Positions 13,936 to 32,925 of a DNA stretch of 64,000 bases are shown here, piece after piece. The DNA is from Octopus vulgaris (lineage: Eukaryota). How positions within the stretch are numbered: the first letter of the stretch is position 1; each line of letters opens with the position of its first letter. Position numbers and translations under genes: made by a program. Location: assembly GCA_951406725.2 (NCBI GenBank), contig OX597823.1:114142001-114206000 (forward strand), in the 5' to 3' direction. Under the pieces are notes generated by a model that worked only from the letters and a program-made list of their open reading frames with translations, had not been told where the DNA came from and did not search any database.

Positions 13936-16900
13936 AAGTACACTCCATCACCATCGTGTTGGATAATGTATTCTAGGATTTCCTGTATGTAGTTTCAAAA
14001 GGAAACAGGCTGGTCGTGGATAGAATGATTTCGATCATATGAATGCTGCTGGACTCACAACCTCTTGGATCTAAGCAACATTAACATTAAGGGAAACATT
14101 TGCAATAAATAAAACATAACCAATAACTGCAACAACTTTGGAGAATAACTATCGATATTTGAGAGGAAGTCAATATTTGCTGTCAAGTCTGAAGAGTTTC
14201 ACAATAAAACATTTTAAATATTCATCAGAATTATATCTATTTGGCAATTGTTTCAATGAAGTTGAAACGTACTGTTTACTGTAAAAATTATATATTATAG
14301 AAAATTCACCGATACAGCTTAAAATAAATTTGTGTATTGAGTGATTTGATGGCTAAGTGATTTTATACTTCAGCTTGCAGCTTAATGGTTAGAGGTTCGG
14401 CACCTTACGTGCCATGTTTGGCAAGTCTTTTCTCTTCTAACTTCGACTTGACTAACGCCACATTGAGGCCACATTTAGTAGAGGACATTTGAGCGAATCC
14501 GATCAAACCAAGCAATTCTGTACTCGTGGAGTATGAGACAGTACTTAGTGAGTAGCTTAAAATGAACACCAGATCAATGGTTCTCTTTCACAAAGCCCTC
14601 TAGATTGGGTACAGTGTGAGGTCTTCTTCTCCTTCCCACACCAAGCTCAAATATGTTGGAAATGTTTATGGGTATTACCCATTCTCTTCTGAACCATTGA
14701 TATACATATGTACACACACACAAGCACTCCCACAGATATATGTTGCCGTTTGAGGAATATGCAAATGCTCGTTGAAGGGCAGAAATGTGACATTATGTAA
14801 GTAAAGGTTTTCATCAATCTATTCAAATACAACTGCCGTATGAAATATGATAAGCTGAAGAAATCGTCGATAGAAAATACGCCATGCAGTCATCTGTGTA
14901 CTTGCACTTGCTATACACAGAATAAGTTAGATATTCCACTTGCAAAACCATTAGATATTTTCATCTCTCCTGCATCAGATGACTGAAAGGCACACGGCGC
15001 AAACACACATGCAAAGATGCATGTTTAATGGCGTTAAAATTTGTCATTGTTATCTTTTAATGATGAAAAGCATACTATTACAGCCTTTTGAAAATTCGAA
15101 AAGAATGGACGATATTTTTGAAACTTGCAGATATTTGTATCAATACTCATTGTGCAGTTTCCAAATAAACACCGCTTTAAATGGAATATTCCGTAAATAT
15201 TTTATTTACAATAAATTAATGATGACAATATTCTACTTTTGATATACACTCAACTTATTCACAACGTATGTACCTTCCTTACTTTTGCATATTGTACACA
15301 GGTGATACTAAATTTCTTAAAATTATCGAGTGATTTGCATGTGAATAAGCACACGCCTCCACACATAACAGTTGAAGCGATGAATGTCTCAGGAATTATC
15401 TAAAGTTCGTATCTGTGTGAACTTCTTGTGTTTTTTTACACCGTACTAATCTAGATGTGTACCCACAATTGGATGCATTTGAGAATGATTTTCTTATATA
15501 TTGTGGTAACCCTTCGCTTCTCTAACTTTTCGGTTAATAAGCAACGTGAAACAGTTATTATTAAAAAAAAGCTTCATTCTCTAACCAGCTACGCAGACTA
15601 TCTCGGTATATGGTGCATTTTCTTTGTAATTCCATGTGTGCGCGCGTGTTGGTGTGTGTGATTGTGTGTGCTTGCGTGTATGTATATATAAATTTACATA
15701 TATTCTTTTACACTTTTACTTCTTTCATCTTATTAGTGAGGATAGGTAGGGATGTGCTACGTACTATTTCGTTTATTCTTACTGTATTCCTTTATGCAGT
15801 TTGGTGTCAATTCGAAGCAATGTATGTGTAACAGGAAGTTGTCAGTAATTTGGGGTCTCTACAGAACGATTATTTATCAATTTTCCTCGCAGTTATATTA
15901 TTGATTGATATAATTGGGAAATATGTGAAAATCCACAATTCTTGCTTGAGAATATCATACTATGTGGTTGCTAATCCAGAAGTCAGCCATGAAAGTGCAG
16001 CTAAATTTCCCATAGATAACACACTACTGCCAAATATAATGATCCATCGCATAATGTTATCACAGATACAACATATCTGAAAATAATATACGATAGCGGA
16101 AGCTGAATCTAGATGATATGGGGCTAAACAATATCATAGATAACAGTAATAATAACCAATAATCAATATTTTATCTCACATTTATGAGTATTCTAATGGG
16201 TATGCTTGATTCATTGCAATATAGCGCGGAACACAGACATGACCGTGTTAAATATGAGATCAGACATGTACACTAGAAATAGCAGCTACAAATCTATCAC
16301 TAGAACTGCATGATCTTTATGGTCAAGGAAAATTGTATCATTTAGTCACTCGTATATTTATAAAATTCGTGCTGGTCGTCAGTGTTTGTATATTTTGATC
16401 ATAATACTTCTCGTTGAGATCTGACGTAGAGTTAAACTGCAACAAGAGGCCAGCATATAACTGAGTGTAACCATCACCGTATCACCACCAGTTTCCTCAC
16501 AGACAGGAAGTAACAAATGAATAAGAGAACAGAATGAGATTTTATATCGCCCATGCTTTCACGCAAGTACATTATTAACCTAGGTGAAATGAAGCGTGAA
16601 TTAGTTTCAGCTTGGAATCAATATTGATACGGTCCGTCTGAGAATTGATATCTTGCTCGCCATTACACAACACAGCCAACTTAGCAAAGTTAATCCTAAA
16701 CTGCAATCACTTATAGATTGTTCTCGAATGTCTGATTGAATTAATATATTTCAAATTCTGTTTGGTTAAGGGTGACGTACTATCTAATTAAAAGCAATAT
16801 ATTAATGCTAATCTCTTGACCTCAACGCTTGACCTTTCAGTGCAGAAGATAGTCGGTAAATTAGTTATATTTAGAGTGACCTATCACTCTTTGCTTCAAT

Positions 16901-17684
16901 AAAATCATGATTGAATATTAATTTTTGTTCTTATGAAGAGTAACGAGTGAACACTCATTAAAATATATTCAGAAATTTAATTCATGTGATGTAAAAATGA
17001 ATACAAAATTTCAGAGCATATTAGGATTGTCGTAAAGCTTGAAGAGAAGGAAGAGGAGAAGGAAAACTGAGGAAAGAGGGAAGGAATGAGAAGGAATATG
17101 AAGAAGATGTGGAGAAATACTAGTTATAGGGAAACTTGCGAAGCAAAGTAATAATGAGAGAATTAGAAATATAATGTTATAAGAAGGGGGATAAAACGGT
17201 GAGTAAGAATGAGTGGATATCGAAGACAAGAAAGGTTAGATAAATTGAGATATAAAAGGAGAATAAAATATGGATTTAAAGGAAAGAAAATTGATGAAAA
17301 CGAAGAACATGGGAGATAGTGATATGTAGCAGAAAACTTGTAGTAGCTTGGGTGAGTAAAAAAAATGATGAAAGTGAGTGAGTGAGAGAGAAACAGACAT
17401 ACTGAGAGGGTAAAGTGGGTATGAGTACAAAGAATTTCATGGAGTCTTAAAGCTGTGAAAGTAAGTTTTTAAAAATGGTAAATATGTGAAAAGAAACGTT
17501 TCGGAAAAGCATAGAATAATGTAAGAAATTAGAAAATACTGTCATAATTTGCATTTAATTTCTGACGAAATATTTTCGGAAATATAACATTTTTATTAAT
17601 ATTTATAGTTGTCCATACTAACTCAACTGGCAATATGTCGTAACCCCTGAAGCAGAACTTTTAATATTGATTCAATTTTACCAC

Positions 17685-17715
<31 letters not shown>

Positions 17716-17716
17716 G

Positions 17717-17759
<43 letters not shown>

Positions 17760-17965
17760 GTGTGTGTGTATGAAGTATGGCGAGTGATTGGAAAAATGAG
17801 GTTGAATGAAAGGGAGATAATAATGGTGATCCCAACAAGCTAAAGTGCGCTACCGTATGTGTATATGTGTTAATGAGAGCGATTGAGTTTCACGAGTGTT
17901 TGTGTGTGGCAGTTGATGTGTGCTTTTCACTTGGTGTGTGCACATCTATATATTTAAACACAGAA

Positions 17966-18018
<53 letters not shown>

Positions 18019-18038
18019 TATATGTGTATATGTGTATA

Positions 18039-18069
<31 letters not shown>

Positions 18070-18124
18070 TATATATTATAGTATATTATATTATATATTA
18101 TATCATATATTAAATACTATATAT

Positions 18125-18657
18125 ATATATATAGAATATAAAGAAAGTCGGGAGGTATGTGATGAATATAATTATTTCATTAATTGACATCCATAAGGTG
18201 ACGGCCGTTTCGCAGACAATATCATGAAAAATTAATTTGTTTTAGTGTATATTAAATTAGTTTACATTCTTGCACTAATGTGTATGCTATAAATTGCATT
18301 TACTATTGTATATTTTAGAAACGAATGCAAATATAGAAGGGTAGCTCTACAGATCAACGAAATATCATGGTTATATCAATTTTTCAGCTAAAGCAAATTC
18401 AAACATTCATATAACCATGATACTCTGCAGATGTAAAGTGCTAGCTGTCTATATCTGCATCCGTTTGTAAAATGTAGAATAACACTATGCAGTTTATAGC
18501 ATACACACTAGTGCAGATATGTAAAATTATTTATTATACACAAAAAGAAAATCATTTTGTATGATGTTGTCTGCGAAACGGCCGTCGTCCTACGAATATC
18601 AACAGGTGATATAGATATATTTATCTCATACCTCCTGCCTTTTTATTCTATATACTC
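18125..18657. repeat. ~530 bp imperfect foldback (inverted arms of ~250 bp)
   Basis: GACGGCCGTTTCGCAGACAA (18200) pairs with TTGTCTGCGAAACGGCCGTC (18567). TATCATGGTTATAT and ATATAACCATGATA flank a ~30 nt loop at ~18378-18408. Confidence 0.85.
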
Positions 18658-19543
18658 CTCATGAAATAATTTTCACTGATTAAACTTACTAGATTTTAAC
18701 TGCGCAGGACGCCACAGTACAGCCCTCCGTAATGGTATACTGTGGGGTTTGTAGTCAGGTTCACTACAGGGTCTTTCTTGTAATTACCACTGTATTATAT
18801 AAAGTCAGAAATTGTACTTGAAAGTTATATACATACACACACACATACATTCATACACATACATACATACACACAGACAGACAGACTGACAGATTCTTAT
18901 ATGCACCCTTTATTATTCTGTACACCTTTTACTATTCTCCTCTCTAAACAGATTTCTTTATACGATAGTATCCGTATTTATATTTCCCCTGCTGTTTATT
19001 ATTATCCTCTCTTCCAGTCACATTGTCGCTAAGTCTCCATTCTCTGTTTTTGCTTTGATAACATAATTATATTTGTTTAATGAAACAGTTCTTATCTATG
19101 ATTCAGAAGCGATTTCTATAGATTTTATCTAAAATTATTCCTGGCTTTTTCTGATAATAGTAGAGTTACACACGTGGTACTCCAAATCCATCAAAGAATC
19201 CCTTCTTTTATTTTCGATGTTGCGCAGTGTTTCTTGCATTTCCTTTGGTATGATGCCAGACTGAATATTTCTTCAAACCGAATATCTTCGTTCTAGCATT
19301 TTAACATTCCTAGCAAGTATTTTTCACCTGGCAACAAATCATGGATAATTGTTGTTTTCTCTTATAAACCTTACTCTACCCACGGAAGTCTTATTAGACC
19401 TTGATCTCGGTTTATTCCACATTCCACTTTTGAAAATATTTTCTTTTGCTGCTTATGCTTAGAAGTGTGGTTAAGGCATAGTAGTGTGCTTAAGAAATGT
19501 GTGTGGTTAAGAAATTTATATATAGGCGCAGGAGTGGCCATAT

Positions 19544-19924
19544 AGGCGCAGGAGTGGCTGTGTGGTAACTAGCTTGCTTACCTACCACATGGTTCCGGGT
19601 TCAGTCCCACTGCGTGGCACCTTGGGCAAGTGTCTTCTACTATAGCCTCGGGTCGACCAAAGCCTTGTGAGTGGATTTGGTAGAGGGAAACTAAAAAGAA
19701 GCCGTCATATATATGTATATGTATGTGTGTGTTTTTTTTGTCCCCCTAACATCGCTTGACAACCGATGCTGGTGTGTTTACGTCCCCGTAACTTAGCGGT
19801 TCGGCAAACGAGACCGATAGAGTAAGTACTAGGCTTACAAAGAAAAGGTCTTGGGGTTGATTTGCTCGACCAAAGGCGGTGCTCCAGCATGGTCGCAGTC
19901 AAATAACTGAAACAAGCAAAAGAG
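19544..19924 (+). mobile_element. tRNA-derived SINE family B (head AGGCGCAGGAGTGGCTGTGTGG, CORE-like ACCTTGGGCAAGT)
   Basis: A/B boxes present, with related copies at 25585 and 51795. An 18-nt head duplication sits at 19521. Confidence 0.9.
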
Positions 19925-21341
19925 TATACGCGTTGATTTATATATATAATTTAATGTGTTCGCTAAAAGAAACCACGGCAGTACGCAACAGAGTCCCTCA
20001 AATTAAACAGTAATCTGGTATGGCCACAGTAAAATGATGGACAGTGTGACTGATCATTAGCGTGATTAGGTCATTAATGTGATTAATTATTAGTGTGGTT
20101 AGATCATTCATGAGGTATTGCTTCTGAATGATCTAGAAGAGGAGGCTCGCGAAATGTGTTGTGCAATAGGAATGAACCTAAAACCTCATGATTCCAAAAT
20201 GTGCTTCTGAACCAAGCAGTAACGCTCGCACACACATCTGTCTCAATATATGCTTTTAAGCTATAGTCTCCAGCAATTACCCTCTCACTAACTAATTAAC
20301 TATGTGGGTGTGGTGCATAAATATATGCATATACAAGCAAATTTGCGTGTACACATACACACACATACACACACGAACAAACAAACGAACACAAACACAC
20401 GCATATATGTGTATTCTTTTATTGATTGTTAGCTATCGGAAGTGCAACCAGTATGGAGCGTCACCTTCAAGGCTCTCATCGATATCGATAGCAATATTTT
20501 TCATTCAGTCCCTCACTACTTCTACGTGTATGTGTGAGTGTGTGTGTGTGTGTGTCTGTCTGTTTGTGAACGGGAGTGTACGAATAGATTTATGTATGTG
20601 TATGTCTAAATTAATGCCTATGGGCATGTAAATTATGGTGTTTGTAATTGATGAAGCGTTTTCACTCGAAAATTGTGAGAAATTATTCGCAATTACGGAA
20701 TATTAATACTAAAACATATTTAATGTAAATGTACAGCTCCAATACGCAGAGGGAAATTGGAAATATAGGTTATTCCCTTATGATATTGAAATGTATTGGG
20801 ATATATTTTGTCTTATAATGTGGCTACAAAATATCGTTTTAGGTTTAGAGGCAGAGAAAGATATATAAATAGATAGAGTGATGAGTTGTCATTGCTTGTT
20901 ATTTGGTAATTTCAATAATTTTTAATAACTTATATATTCTTGTGAATAGAGTTCTTTGTTGCGTGAATGGGGAGATATTTCTGAAGCACGAACAATGAAT
21001 GTGAAATTAAATCTTGTAATGCACAACGGCAGCCATCAACGTTGATGAAACTTGCTATTGAGCAATCTTTCAGTAGATTAATTGTGTCTGTCTATTTTGC
21101 CACTAACTACAGAGATTCACGCTTGAGTGAAAACGATATTTCCCTCCCGGAAATCAGCTCGATACAAACATAATTGAAGAAAACCAAGTGAACGTAACGA
21201 TTACTTGAGATTTTCTAACACCATCAGCCTGACTTGAACCGCATAGGTACACACACTCGAACACACACACACACACACACACACACTAACACACACATAT
21301 ATATACATACATACATATATATATATCTACATAGAGACAGT

Positions 21342-21396
<55 letters not shown>

Positions 21397-22212
21397 TGTA
21401 TGTATGTATATATATATCTTAGCTGCTTCAAATTTCGAATTCCCACAGACTATAGCAGCTTTATAGACCATAGATAGAAGCGAAGAATACAATTTCAAAG
21501 ACAACAGCTGCTGGAAGAATCTCCAACTACTGAAACATACACCAAACCGAACAGCATGATCGATAACAATAAGTAAACAGTGTTAATCCCACAGCTGCTT
21601 GTGGCAGTAATAATTACTTCATAAACATCGATAGTAGTATCACGGTGGATTAGTTTCGATCTCCGTCCGGAACCACTTTATTTCGTTTTATTATTGGTCA
21701 TGAAATATTCCTTCTTGTGTTCCGTGTGAAAGGAGTGAAAGGAAAGGACTCTTTCGACAACTTTTAACATCAGTGATTTCAATAAAGTTTCATAACATTG
21801 ATAAAATGATTGAACGAAAAGTTTATTCAATTTTGTTTCGTATACGACTTTGATAATTGGGCATAGAAATAAATTTCATGAAAAGAGCACGTTAAGAAAT
21901 GAATACGAAGATATCACCGAAAGGATGTTTATATTAACTAAGCACATTCAGAGCAATGTTGCATTTAAATAATTGTAAACGCATTTATCTAGAGCAGTGG
22001 CTTCCAGTAGTTGTTCCGAACCTGTTTATTTAAATGAGTTTTCTCATGGACACCTTTTAATATGCCGATCCGAAACTGCAAAGACGATCTGGTACTCGAC
22101 TGATGATTGAAAGCTGCGAATTACCCGTCCTTGTTTTTCCGTGTCCTTTTTTGTATCGTCTAAATATCCGAATGTTTTGTTGTCGCCTGTTACATTCTTG
22201 ATCCATTTTTAT

Positions 22213-22316
<104 letters not shown>

Positions 22317-22329
22317 TATATATATATAT

Positions 22330-22631
22330 CACCGTGACCGACCAGGCTATCAGATGTTGGTACACATCGCTGGTCACAATGCACTTCGCATTGTTTTAGC
22401 CTTCAAATGACGCCACCTCTCTGGTTAAGCGAGTAGGCCAACAGAAGAAAGAATGAGAGAAATTTGTGGCGAAAGAGTACAGCAGGGTTCGCCACCACCC
22501 CCTGCCGGAGCCCTGAGGAGCTTTAGGTGTTTTCGCTCAATAAACACTGACAACGCCCGGTCTGGGAATCGAAACCGCGATCCAACGACCGCGAGTCCGC
22601 TGCCCTAACCTTTGGGCCATTGCGCCTCCAC
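22330..22631 (-). mobile_element. tRNA-derived SINE family C
   Basis: Minus-strand head GTGGAGGCGCAATGGCCCAAAGGTTAGGGCAGCGGACTCGCGG...GGTTTCGATTCCC followed by a non-tRNA body. Confidence 0.8.
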
Positions 22632-23089
22632 ATATATACCCCTAGTACCCCCTTTGCTGACCACCAGGTGCCTGTGGATTCCAGGTCGGAAAATACTGAT
22701 CTTGAGTTTGATTCTAATACCATTGGTCTATTTTTTCTATTGATTGTACACCAGTAGTAAGCCGTTTCATACATTAACACCAGTTACTTTACATCTCATT
22801 AGTGTGTATCATGTTGGTATTTGTTTCTCCTCTAATCCTATACAATGGAAATTAATTGTTTTGTCGTAGTTTACGTCATTATAGTTATTGTCACTTGTAT
22901 ATTATCAATCTAACAGTATTCGGGAATTGGTAGCTATGTCTATGTTGTTTATGGCACTGGCATGTGACTGCAGGCACTTGCGACGGAAAAAAAAACATCC
23001 AATTCTTATTGATTAAAAATAAAACACTCACACTAGCAAATATATACCGCTTCATCAGCATAGAATTTTCATCTGAGCTGTCTTTATTA

Positions 23090-23129
<40 letters not shown>

Positions 23130-23155
23130 TATATATATATATATATACATAAACA

Positions 23156-23341
23156 AGTAAGGGAGGACAATGCAGCAACCTCCACACGTACCCATCGTTG
23201 TTCGTGTGCAAACTGTACCAAGGACTGCCACTCTAGAATTGGACTGTTCAGTCACAGCAGACGCTGCACATCATCAAAGTAGGCCCCACTCTTGGCGCAA
23301 CCCATTGTCTATCAAGACAGACGGGGATAAAGTAAAGTAAG
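23156..23341 (+). mobile_element. RTE-clade LINE 3' end (5'-truncated)
   Basis: Translation CANCTKDCHSRIGLFSHSRRC matches the RTE C-terminal zinc finger, followed by a short 3'UTR and an (AAGTA)n tail. Confidence 0.85.
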
Positions 23342-25584
23342 AGAACACATTTCAAAGGTCAATGTTCATATTCACTCAATATATTTCAAAGAGACGTATA
23401 CTCCACAGCATGTACAGCATATATGTGTGTGTATGTGTGTGTATGTGTATGTGTGTGTATGTGTATGTATGTATGTATGTATGTATGCATGTATGTATGT
23501 ATGTGTGTATGAATGTATGTATGTATGTATGTATGTATGTATGTATGTATGTATGTATGTATGTATGTATGTGCGAAATGCATTAGTGCTTCCTCATAGT
23601 GGAGGAGGGAGAAGAGTGCCTGTAAAACTTTACAGAATATCTGTGACTGCTGGATTGGGAAGACGAGAATTGGATGAGAAAAATTTTGTTGCAAAAGGGG
23701 TCCAGTTAGAAAATACCCAAGAAGTATGTAAAGGGGTTCAATTGGGCAACGGATTAAGTTCACCACACAAGAAGTCGAACTGTTTCTGTCAATCAAATCG
23801 CCCCTCAAAAATATTTTCTTTCATCGAAACTATGATCAGACAAAAGCCTCTTGCGCAGTAGCATTCAACTTGAAACCACGTAATTTCGAAGCGAGCTCTT
23901 TCGCTTTACATCCACATTTGCGACAAAATCTTAAATTAAACAACTGATTTTGTGTTGAACTCCCTCATCACACAGTCTTGGTGCGACGAAATCCTTGACC
24001 ACACAGTTTTTGGTGTAGCGAACTCCCTCCGTACCTAGACAGCTATAGTTACGATGTACGTAATAACCACATAGTTATTGGTATAGCAAATGCCTCACTT
24101 ATATAACCCATTTTATGCCATGCTTTTTAACCACGCAGCGACACACTCATTGGTGTATCTAACTCGTTAACCACGTTGCCATTTGTTGCAGCCGTTATTC
24201 AATGCTGCATTAACATAAGAGATAATATCATAAAGAAATATTGAAACAAAAGTGGAGCAGCAAACAATATGAGTTATCAGAGTCCATTAAACATTAAACC
24301 ATTTGAAGTAACTTTTAGATTGCAATTTATTATTTATTCAATGAATATTTTTTCAATATTTCCAAGATAAAAGACTTGAGAATCGGCAAAAGAAATAAAA
24401 TAGTTATTTGTTTCATGATTACAAAAATAAACAGTAGCTTATTGAAATTATTGTTGTTGTCTAGACAGAAGCTAACCCTGAGCGAACAGAACTATCATCA
24501 AAGCTGTGCCAGCAATGACCATCCCGTCTTTCTCTGCGGCATTGTTCAATGCATACCTTCTGTTCCAAGATATTACGGTGTGAATTAAGTGGATTTATCT
24601 GCCATTTCTAGCATATAGGACAAATACATAGATGTTCGCTCAATGGTCATTTAAGGATCACTAAGGTGATATACAAAGCATTGTTAAGGATATTTGCGAA
24701 ATGTTATAGTTTATGGTAGGAATTTTGATGATATCTTATTACAGATTACAGGAACAGTTTCTTCAATACGTAAATATCTATCCTAAAAGAATTGAAAGTA
24801 TATATTCTTATACTAAATACTATTACAAGTCAGTCTTTTGATTTCTTCGTTGTATATGTTCTACAGAAAACATGTCTATCTTTTAGTTTTATCTAAACTT
24901 AAGTGGAAGCAACAAACTCCAAACTCACTTGAACATTAAACTGAGATCGTAGACACAAAAGAATGTTGATAACATTACTATTCCTAACAAATTGCAATAA
25001 ATTCATACGTAAAAATGAAAAGTGAAACGGGAAGATATATAAACTTAGAACAAGAGCGGAAGGGTGAGGTAAATCGTAGTTGAAGTAGTATCGAAACAAG
25101 AGAAGTGAGGCAACTGAGCGTGAGACTGAGAGAGCAGAAACTGTCATTTAAGCTTAGAACGGGGAACTTAAGCGACGGCTGTATTTAGTATTTAGTACTA
25201 AAGAAATGTAATACAGTCACTTTACTTTTCTCTTTTATAATTAGTTTTTAATTTTGTTTCAATAGAAATGTTTCCATGCACACAGTCACAGAATTCTTAT
25301 AATCAACTGTCTTAGAGTGTTCACAAAACATCAATGGTATGCAAAACATCAACGTTCTCATGTGTTTCTAACCTGTCCCATTTCAAAACTAATTTCTTTT
25401 CTAATGCTTGTAACAGATCCCAAGTTTGCTCTGTTGCACCAAGAGCTATTTTATGCCGTACCAGACAGTTCTATTTTCTGTCATTGGAAATGGAATACAT
25501 TGGCTACAGCTAAAGCAAACAGAAAGAATAAACCTTGTGATCGATGATCGGTGGAGGGCCCGTTTGCTAAAATATCACTATTAT

Positions 25585-25770
25585 AGGCGTAGGAGTGGCT
25601 GTGTGGTAAGTAGCTTGCTTACGAACCACATGGTTCCGGGTTCAGTCCCACTGCGTGGCACTTTGGGCAAGTCTCTTCTACTACAGCCTCGGGCCGACCA
25701 AGGCCTTGTGAGTGGATTTGGTAGACAGAAACAGAAAGAAGCCCGTCGTATAAACTGAAAGAAGCCCGTC

Positions 25771-25804
<34 letters not shown>

Positions 25805-26012
25805 TTAATAATTAGGGTGAGTCCCTTTTTAAAGTAGAAGAAATAGCTAAGGTTTTGGCTGCTATTTCTAAACTTCGGTATGTGGTAAAGCAAATCTTTG
25901 CTGAACCCTAATTATTAAGTATTACTCAAGTTTACCGTGAAATGGTCCTTTTTTCATGCCGAATTCTACTTGGTGAAATTATTGATTACATCTTGATTAT
26001 TTAATTTTACCC

Positions 26013-26094
<82 letters not shown>

Positions 26095-26313
26095 TAGGAG
26101 AAATAGTGATCAATTTGGCTGTTATTTCTAATATTTTCGGTCGCTTGACAACCGATGCTGGTGTGTTTACGCCCCCGTAAATTAGCGGTTCGGCAAAAGT
26201 GACCGATAGAATAAGTACTAGGTTTACAAAGAATATGTTTTGGGGTCGATATGCCCGACTAAAGGCGGTGCTCCTGCATGGCCACCGTCAAATGACTGAA
26301 ACATATAAAAGAG
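25585..26313 (+). mobile_element. SINE family B interrupted in its internal (TA)n by a ~370 bp insertion
   Basis: The 5' half (25585-25772) and 3' half (26140-26313) both match 19544-19924. Confidence 0.85.
25802..26016 (-). mobile_element. (TA)n/(TTA)n-flanked short element with an internal 17-bp inverted repeat
   Basis: TACTTAATAATTAGGGT (25802) and ACCCTAATTATTAAGTA (25905) are inverted. The minus strand carries the AGGGTAAAA terminus and TAGAAATAGCAGCCAA motif also seen in the 53010 element. Confidence 0.55.
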
Positions 26314-26859
26314 TATCCAATTGCAGTTCTAGAAACGGCACTTAGATTCATTAAAAAATAAAAAATCGGTAGACAACTATTTTCAACCTGCTGTCTTGCC
26401 GCATACCTAGTGACGATCTGTGTCTGCAGGGTTTGTTTGACTGCTTGCGAGGATATTCATTAATGTTTTGCTGTTACATTCAATATATTCTTGAAAACAC
26501 TCTATCTCCATTTGTCTAGATTTTCATTTTCGCCATTCCTATCAAGTATAAATGTACCACAGCAATTTGTTTTTGACTTTTGTTCTTGTTAGAGATTTGT
26601 ATTATTTTGTATAATTTCGTCTTAACTTGACATTTGGTTGACTATAAACGAAGTCAACGCGGATATGTCCGGATTTTCAAAAATGTTTGGTTTACATAAA
26701 TTATGAAATCTGATCAAATTTTAGAAGCCGAGTAATGGTCTGTTCATTTACACTGCCATTGTCCATCATACCCTCATAATGCACTTATTTTTAAACAATG
26801 AATTCCTTCTTACCGCCACACATTCTTCTTCAGACCATTATTTTAGTTTCAAGACGAAA

Positions 26860-27110
26860 GGTATTCTTCCATCAGGATAATACTCGGTCACATACAGCGA
26901 GGGTTACATTCCGTCTAAATGATTTTGAAGACTGCGGAATAAATGATAATAAGATGGGGTAATGTCGGGCGAATATTGTGGGCATGGCATCGTTTTCCAT
27001 TCAAACTGCTCCAGCCATCGGAATGTCCACCCTCGCTGTATGTGGCCGAAGATTATCCTGATGGAAGAACACCTTTCCTCTTGAAACCAAAGTAATGGTC
27101 TGTAAAACAA
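26860..27110 (-). pseudogene. Mariner (DD34D) transposase fragment
   Basis: FHQDNLRPHTA and PQYSPDITPSYYHLFRSLQNHL correspond to the HDNARPH and YSPDLAPSDY motifs, with a frameshift between them. Confidence 0.85.
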
Positions 27111-27520
27111 TGTGTGGCACTAAGAAGGAACTGAATTGCTTAGAAATAAGTGCATGATGGGTGTGCGAATGACACTGGCAGTGGAAAGGAACAAATATGG
27201 CCATTAGAGAAGCTCTGAAAATACCCTCAAAAGAAATAACTATGAGGACTTGTTTTTACGAAAGTGAGAATAACAGATTGCTAATTAATAACGGTGAGCT
27301 GTGTAGGTATTAGTGGTTGACTGTGACACTGAGCAGGTGGGTGGGAATTATGGAATGTAGTATCCTATCATAATGTTTTCGGGATTGGCTTCTGCACATA
27401 GCAGGCACCTAAACATATGATCAGGCAACCCAAACATCACATATATAGAAGTACATACTTTGATCCTGAAACTCCCACAAATACACGTATCCAGCTATCG
27501 AACTATATGCGCACCAGTCA

Positions 27521-27521
27521 G

Positions 27522-27582
<61 letters not shown>

Positions 27583-27604
27583 ATCTATATCTATCTATCT
27601 ATCT
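27521..27604. repeat. (TCTA)n microsatellite, 5' flank of the Tx1 element
   Basis: Direct read. Confidence 0.95.
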
Positions 27605-31640
<4,036 letters not shown>

Positions 31641-32036
31641 TCTATATTAATATATATATATGTGTGTGTGTGTATGTGTGTATCTATGTACGTACGTACG
31701 TATGTATGCATATCTGTGCATTATAATTATATATACACTCATATACACACACACATATGAAAGGAAGACACAAGGAAACAAAGAAGACAACACGCATAAA
31801 CAAACGATCTAAAGAAAAAGAAATGCATTTCTGCATTTGTGAGCGACTGTGCGGGCACTCCTGTGTCTGAGAGTGAGAGTGGGGGTGAGTGAGGGTGAGT
31901 GAGGAGGGAAAGAGAGACGAGAGAGTTAATATACTCAAGCACCTCTTGTATTTCATTTGCTGCGATATCTACTTCCCGAGTAACAACAATAACAACAACA
32001 ACAACACTGATAATAATAATAACAATAATAACGATA

Positions 32037-32039
<3 letters not shown>

Positions 32040-32082
<43 letters not shown>

Positions 32083-32159
32083 CAATAATAATAATGATGA
32101 TGATGATGATGAGGAGGAGGAGGTGGAGGTGGATGATGATCATGATCATGATCATGATG

Positions 32160-32196
<37 letters not shown>

Positions 32197-32216
32197 TAAT
32201 AATGATAGTAATAATA

Positions 32217-32256
<40 letters not shown>

Positions 32257-32333
32257 CAATAATAATAATGATGATGATGAGGAGGAGGAGGAGGAGGTGG
32301 AGGTGGATGATGATCATGATCATGATCATGATG

Positions 32334-32373
<40 letters not shown>

Positions 32374-32393
32374 TAATAATGATAGTAATAATA

Positions 32394-32433
<40 letters not shown>

Positions 32434-32510
32434 CAATAATAATAATGATGATGATGAGGAGGAGGAGGAGGAGGTGGAGGTGGATGATGATCATGATCAT
32501 GATCATGATG

Positions 32511-32547
<37 letters not shown>

Positions 32548-32567
32548 TAATAATGATAGTAATAATA

Positions 32568-32616
<49 letters not shown>

Positions 32617-32660
32617 TGATAATAATAATAATAATAATGATAATAATAATAATAATAATA
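32040..32660. repeat. Higher-order tandem repeat (~180 bp x3) of (AAT)/(GAT)/(GAG)/(GATCAT) blocks
   Basis: GAGGTGGAGGTGGATGATGATCATGATCATGATCATGATGA recurs near 32120, 32293 and 32471. Confidence 0.9.
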
Positions 32661-32855
32661 ATAACAACAACAATAATATAACAGAAGAGCAACAACTACA
32701 ACAAAATCTACAAGAGCAAAACAAAAAAAGCAATGGAAGAAATATGTTGACGTTATGAAAAGGACTGGCGTCATAATTAAATATCTGAATACGATACTCT
32801 CATTGAGCGACATAGATATGGTTATGCCGGTATTGCTTGCCGTGAAAACTAGAAT

Positions 32856-32925
<70 letters not shown>

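Noticed and set aside
22555-22631. tRNA gene candidates (also 11508, 19544 and 44580)
   Set aside because: No complete cloverleaf, and each continues into a SINE or retroposon body.
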